A DNA stretch of 64,000 nt, from the NCBI RefSeq assembly GCF_009914755.1, contig NC_060941.1; one strand, written 5' to 3'. The stretch is from the human T2T-CHM13v2.0 reference genome, Homo sapiens. The translations under genes were made by a program, and so were the position numbers. This document shows, piece by piece, positions 12,801 through 24,800 of this stretch (its first letter is position 1; every line of letters starts with the position of its first letter). The notes below the pieces were generated by a model. It worked only from the letters and a program-made list of their open reading frames with translations, made no database searches and was not told the origin of the DNA.

Positions 12801-15800
12801 TCATAGAGTAGTTCTGAAACATGCTTTTCGTAGTGTCTGCAAGTGGACATTTGGAGCGCTTTCAGGCCTGTGGTGGAAAACGATTTATGGTCACATAAAA
12901 ACTGGAGAGAAGCATTGTCAGAAACTTCTTTGTGATGATTACATTCAACTCACAGAGTTGAAGGTTCCTTTTCAAACAGCAGTTTCCAATCACTCTTTCT
13001 GTGGAATCTGCAAGTGGATATTTGGACCTCTTTGAAGATTTCGTTGGAAACGGGAGAATCTTCACAGAAAAGCTAAACAGAAGCATTCTCAGAAACTTCT
13101 TTGTGATGCTTGCATTCAACTCACAGAGTTGAACTTTCCTTTCGAGAGAGAAGCTTTGAAACACTCTTTTTCCAGAATCTGCAAGTGGACATTTGGAGGG
13201 CTTTGAGGCCTGTGGTGGAAAAGGAATTATCTTCCCGTAAAAGCTAGATAGAAGCATTCTCAGAAACTACTTTGTGATGATTGCATTCAAGTCACAGAGT
13301 TGAACATTCCCTTTGACAGAGCAGTTTGGAAACTCTCTTTGTGTAGAATCTGCAAGTGGAGATATGGACCGCTTTGAGGCCTATGGTAGTAAAGGAAATA
13401 GCTTCATATAAAAGCTAGACAGTAGCATTCACAGAAAACTCTTGGTGACGACTGAGTTTAACTCACAGAGCTGAACATTCCTTTGGATGGAGCAGTTTCA
13501 AAACACACTATTTGTAGAATCTGCAAGTGGATATGTGGGACTCTCTGAGGATTTCTTTGGAAACAGGATAAACCGCACAGAACTAAAACAGAAGCATTCT
13601 CAGAACCCTCTTCGTGATGTTTGCATTCAACTCACAGTGCTGAACCTTTCTTTGATAGTTCAGCTTTGAAACACTCTTTTTGTAGAAACTGCAAATGGAT
13701 ATTTGGTCCTCTCTGAGGATTTCGTTGGAAAAGGGATAAAACGCACAGAACTAAACAGAAGCATTCTCAGAACCTTCTTCATGATGTCTGCATTCAACTC
13801 ACAGTGTGGAACCTTTCTTTGATAGTTCAGGTTTGAAACACTCTTTTTGTAGAAACTGCAAGGGGATAATTGCACTCTTTTAGGAGTACCGTAGTAAAGG
13901 AAATAACTTCCTATAAAAAGAAGACAGAAGCTTTCTCAGAAAATTGTTTGGGATGATTGATTTGAACTCACAGAGCTGAGGATTCCTTGTGATGTAGCAG
14001 TTTAGAAACACACTTTCTGCAGAATCTGCAAGTGCATATTTGGACTTCTCTGAGGAATTCGTTGGAAACGGGATAATTTCAGCTGACTAAACAGAAGCAG
14101 TCTCAGAATCTTCTTTGTGATGTTTGCATTCAAATCCCAGAGTTGAACTTTCCTTTCAAAGTTCACGTTTGAAACACTCTTTTTGCAGGATCTACAAGTG
14201 GATATTTGGACCACTCTGTGTCCTTCGTTCGAAACGGGTATATCTTCACATGACATCTAGACAGAAGCATTCTCAGAAGCTTCTCTGTGATGACTGCATT
14301 CAACTCACGGAGTTGAACACTCCTTTTGAGAGCGCTGTTTTGAAACTCTCTTTCTGTGGCATCTGCAAGGGGACATGTAGACCTCTTTGAAGATTTCGTT
14401 GGAAACGGAATCATCTTCACATAAAAACTATACAGATGCATTCTCAGGAACTTTTTGGTGATGTTTGTATTGAACTCCCAGAGTTGAACTTTCCTTTGGA
14501 AAGAGCAGCTATGAAACACTCTTTTTCTAAAATCTGCAAGTGGACGTTTGGAGGGCTTTGTGGTTTGTGGTGGAAAAGGAAATATCTTCACCTAAATACT
14601 AGATAGAAGCATTCTCAGAAACTGCTTTGTGATGATTGCATTCACCTCACAGAGTTGAACATTCCTATTGATAGAGCAGTTTGGAAACACTCTTGTTGTG
14701 GAATGTGCAAGTGGAGATTTGGAGCGCTTTGAGGCCTATGGTAGTAAAGGGAATAGCTTCATAGAAAAACTAGACCGAAGCATTCTCAGAAAATACTTTG
14801 TGATAATTGAGTTTAACTCACAGAGCTGAACATTCCTTTGGATGGAGCAGGTTTGAGACACACTTTTTGTAGAATCTACAAGTGGATATTTGGACCTCTC
14901 TGAGGATTTTGTTGGAAACGGGGTAACTGCACCTAACTAAACGGAAGCATTCTCAGAAACTTCTTGGTGATGTTTGCATTCAAATCCCAGAGTTGAACCT
15001 TCCTTTGATAGTTCAGGTTTGAAACACTCTTTTTGTAGGATCTGCAAGTGGATATTTGGATCACTCTGTGGCCTTCGTTCGAAACGGGTACATCTTCGCA
15101 TAAAATCTAGACAGAAGCCTTCTCAGAAACTTCTCTGTGATGATTGCATTCAACTCACAGAGTTGAACCCTCCTATGGATAGAGCAGTGTTGAAACTCTC
15201 TTTTTGTGGAATCTGCAAGCGGATATGTGGACCTCTCCGAAGATGTCTTTGGAAACGGGAATATCTTCACATAAAAACTAAACAGAAGCATTCTCAGAAA
15301 CTTCTCTGTGATGTTTGTGTTCATCTCCCAGAGTTTCACATTACTTTTCATAGAGTAGTTCTGAAACATGCTTTTCGTAATGTCTGCAAGTGGACATTTG
15401 GAGCGCTTTCAGGCCTGTGTTGGAAAACGAATTATGGTCACATAAAAACTGGAGAGAAGCATTGTCAGAAACTTCTTTGTGATGATTGCATTCAACTCAC
15501 AGAGTTGAAGGTTCCTTTTCAAACAGCAGTTTCCAAACACTCTTTCTGTGGAATCTGCAAGTGGATATTTGGACCTCTTTGAAGATTTCGTTGGAAACGG
15601 GAGAATCTTCACAGAAAAGCTAAACGGAAGCATTCTCAGAAACTTCTTTGTGATGCTTGCATTCAACTCACAGAGTTGAACTTTCCTTTCGAGAGAGAAG
15701 CTTTGAAACACTCTTTTTCCAGAATCTGCAAGTGGACATTTGGAGGGCTTTGAGGCCTGTGGTGGAAAAGGAATTATCTTCCCGTAAAAGCTAGATAGAA

Positions 15801-18800
15801 GCATTCTCAGAAACTACTTTGTGATGATTGCATTCAAGTCACAGAGCTGAACATTCCCTTTGACAGAGCAGTTTGGAAACTCTCTTTGTGTGGAATCTGC
15901 AAGTGGAGATATGGACCGCTTTGAGGACTATGGTAGTAAAGGAAATAGCTTCATATAAAAGCTAGACAGTAGCATTCACAGAAAACTCTTGGTGACGACT
16001 GAGTTCAACTCACAGAGCTGAACATTCCTTTGGATGGAGCCGTTTCGAAACACACTATTTGTAGAAAGTGCAAGTGGGTATTTGGGCCTCTCTGAGGATT
16101 TCGTTGGAAACGGGATAAACCGCACAGAACTAAACAGAAGCATTCTCAGAACCTTCTTCGTGATGTTTGCATTCAACTCACAGTGTTGAAACTTTCTTTG
16201 ATAGTTCAGGTTTGAAACGGTCTTTCTGTAGAAACTGCAAGTAGATACTTGGACCTCTCTGAGGATTTCGTTGGAAAAGGGATAAACCACACAGAACTAA
16301 ACAGAAGCATTCTCAAAACCTTCTTCGTGATGTCTGCATTCAACTCACAGTGTGGAACCTTTCTTTGATAGTTCAGGTTTGAAACACTCTTTTTGTAGAA
16401 ACTGCAAGGGGATAATTGCACTTCTTTGAGGCCTACCGTAGTAAAGGAAATAACTTCCTATAGAAAGAAGACAGAAGCTTTCTCAGAAAATTCTTTGGGA
16501 TGATTGAGTTGAACTCACAGAGCTGAACATTCCTTGCGATGTAGCAGTTTAGAAACACACTTTCTGCAGAATCTGCAAGTGCATATTTGGACCTCTCTGA
16601 GGAATTCGTTGGAAACGGGATAATTTCAGCTGATTAAACAGAAGCAGTCTCAGAATCTTCTTTGTGATGTTTGCATTCAAATCCCAGAGTTGAACTTTCC
16701 TTTCAAAGTTCACGTTTGAAACACTGTTTTTGCAGGATCTACAAGTGGATATTTGGACCACTCTCTATCCTTCGTGCGAAACGGTTATATCTTCACATGA
16801 CATCTAGACAGAAGCATTCTCAGAAGCTTCTCTGTGATGACTGCATTCAACTCACGGAGTTGAACACTCCTTTTGAGAGCGCAGTTTTGAAAGTCTCTTT
16901 CTGTGGCATCCGCAAGGGGACATGTAGACCTCTTTGAAGATTTCGTTGGAAACGGAATCATCTTCACATAAAAACTATACAGATGCATTATCAGGAACTT
17001 TTTGGTGATGTTTGTATTCAACTCCCAGAGTTGAACTTTCCTTTGGAAAGAGCAGCTATGAAACACTCTTTTTCTAGAATCTGCAAGTGGACGTTTGGAC
17101 GGCTTTGTGGTTTGTGGTGGAAAAGGAAATATCTTCACCTAAATACTAGATAGAAGCATTCTCAGAAACTGCTTTTTCATGATTGCATTCACCTCACAGA
17201 GTTGAACATTCCTATTGATAGAGCAGTTTGGAAACACTCTTGTTGTGGAATGTGCAAGTGGAGATTTGGAGCGCTTTGAGGCCTATGGTAGTAAAGGGAA
17301 TAGCTTCATAGAAAAAGTAGACAGAAGCATTCTCAGAAAATACTTTGTGATGATTGAGTTGAACTCACAGAGCTGAACATTCCTTTGGATGGAGCAGGTT
17401 TGAGACACACTTTTTGTAGAATCTACAAGTGGATATTTGGACCTCTCTGAGGATTTCGTTGGAAACGGGATAACTGCACCTAACTAAACGGAAGCATTCT
17501 CAGAAACTTCTTGGTGATGTTTGCATTCAAATCCCAGAGTTGAACCTTCCTTTGATAGTTCAGGTTTGAAACACTCTTTTTGTAGGATCTGCAAGTGGAT
17601 ATTTGGACCACTCTGTGGCCTTCGTTCGAAACGGGTACATCTTCGCATAATATCTAGACAGAAGCCTTCTCAGAAACTTCTCTGTGATGATTGCATTCAA
17701 CTCACAGAGTTGAACCCTCCTATGGATAGAGCAGTGTTGAAACTCTCTTTTTGTGGAATATGCAAGTGGATATGTGGACCTCTCCGAAGATGTCTTTGGA
17801 AACGGGAATATCTTCACATAAAAACTAAACAGAAGCATTCTCAGAAACTTCTCTGTGATGTTTGTGTTCAACTCCCAGAGTTTCACATTGCTTTTCATAG
17901 AGTAGTTCTGAAACATGCTTTTCGTAGTGTCTGCAAGTGGACATTTGGAGCGCTTTCAGGCCTGTGGTGGAAAACGAATATGGTCACATAAAAACTGGAG
18001 AGAAGCATTGTCAGAAACTTCTTTGTGATGATTGCATTCAACTCACAGAGTTGAAGGTTCCTTTTCAAACAGCAGTTTCCAAACACTCTTTCTGTGGAAT
18101 CTGCAAGTGGATATTTGGACCTCTTTGAAGATTTCGTTGGAAACGGGAGAATCTTCACAGAAAAGCTAAACAGAAGCATTCTCAGAAACTTCTTTGTGAT
18201 GCTTGCATTCAACTCACTGAGTTGAACTTTCCTTTCGAGAGAGAAGCTTTGAAACACTCTTTTTCCTGAATCTGCAAGTGGACATTTGGAAGGCTTTGAG
18301 GCCTGTGGTGGAAAAGGAATTATCTTCCCGTAAAAGCTAGATAGAAGCATTCTCAGAAACTACTTTGTGATGATTGCATTGAAGTCACAGAGCTGAACAT
18401 TCCCTTTGACAGAGCAGTTTGGAAACTCTCTTTGTGTAGAATCTGCAAGTGGAGATATGGAATGCTTTGAGGACTATGGTAGTAAAGGAAATAGCTTCAT
18501 ATAAAAGCTAGACAGTAGCATTCACAGAAAACTCTTGGTGATGACTGAGTTTAACTCACAGAGCTGAACATTCCTTTGGATGGAGCAGTTTCGAAACACA
18601 CTATTTGTAGAATCTGCAAGTGGATATGTGGGCCTCTCTGAGGATTTCGTTGGAAACAGGATAAACTGCCCAGAACTAAAACAGAAGCATTCTCAGAACC
18701 CTCTTCATGATGTTTGCATTCAACTCACAGTGCTGAAACTTTCTTTGATAGTTCAGTTTTGAAACACTCTTCTTGTAGAAACTGCAAGTGGATATTTGGT

Positions 18801-21800
18801 CCTCTCTGAGGATTTCGTTGGAAACGGGATAAACCGCAGAGAACTAAACAGAAGCATTCTCAGAACCTTCTTCGTGATGTCTGCATTCAACTCACAGTGT
18901 GGAACCTTTCTTTGATAGTTCAGGTTTGAAACACTCTTTTTGTAGAAACCTCAAGGGGATAATTGCACTTCTTTGAGGCCTACCGTAGTAAAGGAAATAA
19001 CTTCCTATAGAAAGAAGACAGAAGCTTTCCCAGAAAATTCTTTGGGATGATTGAGTGGAACTCACAGAGCTGAACATTCCTTGCAATGTAGCAGTTTAGA
19101 AACACACTTTCTGCAGAATCTGCAAGTGCATATTTGGACCTCTCTGAGGAATTCGTTGGAAACGGGATAATTTCAGCTGACTAAACAGAAGCAGTCTCAG
19201 AATCTTCTTTGTGATGTTTGCATTCAAATCCCAGAGTTGAACTTTCCTTTCAAAGTTCACGTTTGAAACACTCTTTTTGCAGGATCTACAAGTGGATATT
19301 TGGACCACTCTGTGTCCTTCGTTCGAAACGGGTATATCTTCACATGACATCTAGACAGAAGCATTCTCAGAAGCTTCTCTGTGATGACTGCATTCAACTC
19401 ACGGAGTTGAACACTCCTTTTGAGAGCGCAGTTTTGAAACTCTCTTTCTGTGGCATCTGCAAGGGGACATGTAGACCTCTTTGAAGATTTCGTTGGAAAC
19501 GGAATCATCTTCACATAAAAACTATACAGATGCATTCTCAGGAACTTTTTGGTGATGTTTGTATTCAACTCTCAGAGTTGAACTTTCCTTTGGAAAGAGC
19601 AGCTATGAAACACTCTTTTTCTAGAATCTGCAAGTGGACGTTTGGAGGGCTTTGTGGTTTGCGGTAGAAAAGGAAATATCTTCACCTAAATACTAGATAG
19701 AAGCATTCTCAGAAACTGCTTTGTGATGATTGCATTCACCTCACAGAGTTGAACATTCCTATTGATAGAGCAGTTTGGAAACACTCTTGTTGTGGAATGT
19801 GCAAGTGGTGATTTGGAGCACTTTGAGGCCTATGGTAGTAAAGGGAATAGCTTCATAGAAAAACTAGACAGAAGCATTCTCAGAAAATACTTTGTGATGA
19901 TTGAGTTTAACTCACAGAGCTGAACATTCCTTTAGATGGAGCAGGTTTGAGACACACTTTTTGTAGAATCTACAAGTGGATATTTGGACCTCTCTGAGGA
20001 TTTCGTTGGAAATGGGATAACTGCACCTAACTAAACGGAAGCATTCTCAGAAACTTCTTGGTGATATTTGCATTCAATTCCCAGAGTTGAACATTCCTTT
20101 GATAGTTCAGGTTTGAAACACTCTTTTTGTAGGATCTGCAAGTGGATATTTGGAACACTCTGTGGCCTTCGTTCGAAACGGGTACATCTTCGCATAAAAT
20201 CTACACAGAAGCCTTCTCAGAAACTTCTCTGTGATGATTGCATTCAACTCACAGAGTTGAACTCTCCTATGGATAGAGCAGTGTTGAAACTCTCTTTTTG
20301 TGGAATCTGCAAGTGGATATGTGGACCTCTCCGAAGATGTCTTTGGAAACGGGAATATCTTCACATAAAAACTAAACAGAAGCATTCTCAGAAACTTCTC
20401 TGTGATGTTTGTGTTCAACTCCCAGAGTTTCACATTGCTTCTCATAGAGTAGTTCTGAAACATGCTTTTCGTAGTGTCTGCAAGTGGACATTTGGAGCGC
20501 TTTCAGGCCTGTGGTGGAAAACGAATATGGTCACATAAAAACTGGAGAGAAGCATTGTCAGAAACTTCTTTGTGATGATTGCATTCAACTCACAGAGTTG
20601 AAGGTTCCTTTTCAAACAGCAGTTTCCAAACACTCTTTCTGTGGAATCTGCAAGTGGATATTTGGACCTCTTTGAAGATTTCGTTGGAAACGGGAGAATC
20701 TTCACAGAAAAGCTAAACAGAAGCATTCTCAGAAACTTCTTTGTGATGCTTGCATTCAACTCACTGAGTTGAACTTTCCTTTCGAGAGAGAAGCTTTGAA
20801 ACACTCTTTTTCCTGAATCTGCAAGTGGACATTTGGAGGGCTTTGAGGCCTGTGGTGGAAAAGGAATTATCTTCCCGTAAAAGCTAGATAGAAGCATTCT
20901 CAGAAACTACTTTGTGATGATTGCATTCAAGTCACAGAGCTGAACATTCCCTTTGACAGAGCAGTTTGGAAACTCTCTTTGTGTAGAATCTGCAAGTGGA
21001 GATATGGAATGCTTTGAGGACTATGGTAGTAAAGGAAATAGCTTCATATAAAAGCTAGACAGTAGCATTCACAGAAAACTCTTGGTGATGACTGAGTTTA
21101 ACTCACAGAGCTGAACATTCCTTTGGATGGAGCAGTTTCGAAACACACTATTTGTAGAATCTGCAAGTGGATATGTGGGCCTCTCTGAGGATTTCGTTGG
21201 AAACAGGATAAACCGCCCAGAACTAAAACAGAAGCATTCTCAGAACCCTCTTCATGATGTTTGCATTCAACTCACAGTGCTGAAACTTTCTTTGATAGTT
21301 CAGCTTTGAAACACTCTTTTTGTAGAAACTGCAAGTGGATATTTGGTCCTCTCTGAGGATTTCGTTGGAAACGGGATAAACCGCACAGAACTAAACAGAA
21401 GCATTCTCAGAACCTTCTTCGTGATGTCTGCATTCAACTCACAGTGTGGAACCTTTCTTTGATAGTTCAGGTTTGAAACACTCTTTTTGTACAAACTGCA
21501 AGGGGATAATTGCACTTCTTTGAGGCCTACCGTAGTAAAGGAAATAACTTCCTATAAAAAGAAGACAGAAGCTTTCTCAGAAAATTCTTTGGGATGATTG
21601 AGGTGAGCAAACAGAGCTGAACATTCCTTGCGATGTAGCAGTTTAGAAACACACTTTCTGCAGAATCTGCAAGTGCATATGTGGACCTCTCTGAGGAATT
21701 CGTTGGAAACGGGATAATTTCAGCTGACTAAACAGAAGCAGTCTCAGAATCTTCTTTGTGATGTTTGCATTCGAATCCCAGAGTTGAACTTTCCTTTCAA

Positions 21801-24800
21801 AGTTCACGTTTGAAACACTCTTTTTGCAGGATCTACAAGTGGATATTTGGACCACTCTGTGTCCTTCGTTCGAAACGGGTATATCTTCACATGACATCTA
21901 GACAGAAGCATTCTCAGAAGCTTCTCTGTGATGACTGCATTCAACTCACGGAGTTGAACACTCCTTTTGAGAGCGCAGTTTTGAAACTCTCTTTCTGTGG
22001 CATCTGCAAGGGGACATGTAGACCTCTTTGAAGATTTCGTTGGAAACGGAATCATCTTCACATAAAAACTATACAGATGCATTCTCAGGAACTTTTTGGT
22101 AATGTTTGTATTCAACTCCCAGAGTTGAACTTTCCTTTGGAAAGAGCAGCTATGAAACACTCTTTTTCTAGAATCTGCAAGTGGACGTTTGGAGGGCTTT
22201 GTGGTTTGTGGTGGAAAAGGAAATATCTTCACCTAAATCCTAGAGAGAAGCATTCTCAGAAACTGCTTTGTGATGATTGCATTCACCTCACAGAGTTGAA
22301 CATTCCTATTGATAGAGCAGTTTGGAAACACTCTTGTTGTGGAATGTGCAAGTGGAGATTTGGAGCGCTTTGAGGCCTATGGTAGTAAAGGGAATAGCTT
22401 CATAGAAAAACTAGACAGAAGCATTCTCAGAAAATACTTTGTGATGATTGAGTTGAACTCACAGAGCTGAACATTCCTTTGGATGGAGCAGGTTTGAGAC
22501 ACACTTTTTGTAGAATCTACAAGTGGATATTTGGACCTCTCTGAGGATTTCGTTGGAAACGGGATAACTGCACCTAACTAAACGGAAGCATTCTCAGAAA
22601 CTTCTTGGTGATGTTTGCATTCAAATCCCAGAGTTGAACCTTCCTTTGAGAGTTCAGGTTTGCAACACTCTTTTTGTAGGATCTGCAAGTGGATATTTGG
22701 ACCACTCTGTGGCCTTCGTTCGAAACGGGTACATCTTCGCATAAAATCTAGACAGAAGCCTTCTCAGAAACTTCTCTGTGATGATTGCATTCAACTCACA
22801 GAGTTGAACCCTCCTATGGATAGAGCAGTGTTGAAACTCTCTTTTTGTGGAATCTGCAAGCGGATATGTGGACCTCTCCGAAGATGTCTTTGGAAACGGG
22901 AATATCTTCACATAAAAACTAAACAGAAGCATTCTCAGAAACTTCTCTGTGATGTTTGTGTTCAACTCCCACAGTTTCACATTGCTTCTCATAGAGTAGT
23001 TCTGAAACATGCTTTTCGTAGTGTCTGCAAGTGGACATTTGGAGCGCTTTCAGGCCTGTGGTGGAAAACGAATTATGGTCACATAAAAACTGGAGAGAAG
23101 CATTGTCAGAAACTTCTTTGTGATGATTGCATTCAAGTCACAGAGTTGAAGGTTCCTTTTCAAAGAGCAGTTTCCAATCACTCTTTCTGTGGAATCTGCA
23201 AGTGGATATTTGGACCTCTTTGAAGATTTCGTTGGAAACGGGAGAATCTTCACAGAAAAGCTAAACAGAAGCATTCTCAGAAACTTCTTTGTGATGCTTG
23301 CATTCAACTCACAGAGTTGAACTTTCCTTTCGAGAGAGAAGCTTTGAAACACTCTTTTTCCAGAATCTGCAAGTGGACATTTGGAGGGCTTTGAGGCCTG
23401 TGGTGGAAAAGGAATTATCTTCCCGTAAAAGCCTAGATAGAAGCATTCTCAGAAACTACTTTGTGAAGATTGCATTCAAGTCACAGAGTTGAACATTCCC
23501 TTTGACAGAGCAGTTTGGAAACTCTCTTTGTGTAGAATCTGCAAGTGGAGATATGGACCGCTTTGAGGCCTATGGTAGTAAAGGAAATAGCTTCATATAA
23601 AAGCTAGACAGTAGCATTCACAGAAAACACTTGGTGACGACTGAGTTTAACTCACAGAGCTGAACATTCCTTTGGATGGAGCAGTTTCGAAACACACTAT
23701 TTGTAGAATGTGCAAGTGGATATGTGGGCCTCTCTGAGGATTTCGTTGGAAACGGGATAAACCGCACAGAACTAAACAGAAGCATTCTCAGAACCTTCTT
23801 CGTGATGTTTGCATTCAACTCACAGTGTTGAACCTTTCTTTGATAGTTCAGGTTTGAAACGGTCTTTCTGTAGAAACTGCAAGTAGATATTTGGACCTCT
23901 CTGAGGATTTCGTTGGAAACGAGATAAACCGCACAGAACTAAAACAGAAGCATTCTCAGAACCTTCTTCGTGATGTCTGCATTCAACTCACAGTGTGGAA
24001 CCTTTCTTTGATAGTTCAGGTTTGAAACACTCTTTTTGTAGAAACTGCAAGGGGATCACTGCACTTCTTTGAGGCCTACCGTAGTAAAGGAGATAACTTC
24101 CTATAAAAAGAAGACAGAAGCTTTCTCAGAAAATTCTTTGGGATGATTCAGTTCAGCAAACAGAGCTGAACACTCCTTGCGATGTAGCAGTTTAGAAACA
24201 CACGTTCTGCAGAATCTGCAAGTGCATATGTGGACCTCTCTGAGGAATTCGTTGGAAACGGGATAATTTCAGCTGACTAAACAGAAGCAGTCTCAGAATC
24301 TTCTTTGTGATGTTTGCATTCAAATCCCAGAGTTGAACTTTCCTTTCCAAGTTCACGTTTGAAACACTCTTTTTGCAGGACCTACAAGTGGATATTTGGA
24401 CCACTCTGTGTCCTTCGTTCGAAACGGGTATATCTTCACATGACATCTAGACAGAAGCATTCTCAGAAGCTTCTCTGTGATGACTGCATTCAACTCACGG
24501 AGTTGAACACTCCTTTTGAGAGCGCAGTTTTGAAACTCTCTTTCTGTGGCATCTGCAAGGGGACATGTAGACCTCTTTGAAGATTTCGTTGGAAACGGAA
24601 TCATCTTCACATAAAAACTATACAGATGCATTCTCAGGAACTTTTTGGTGATGTTTGTATTCAACTCCCAGAGTTGAACTTTCCTTTGGAAAGAGCAGCT
24701 ATGAAACACTCTTTTTCTAGAATCTGCAAGTGGACGTTTGGAGGGCTTTGTGGTTTGTGGTGGAAAAGGAAATATCTTCACCTAAATACTAGATAGAAGC

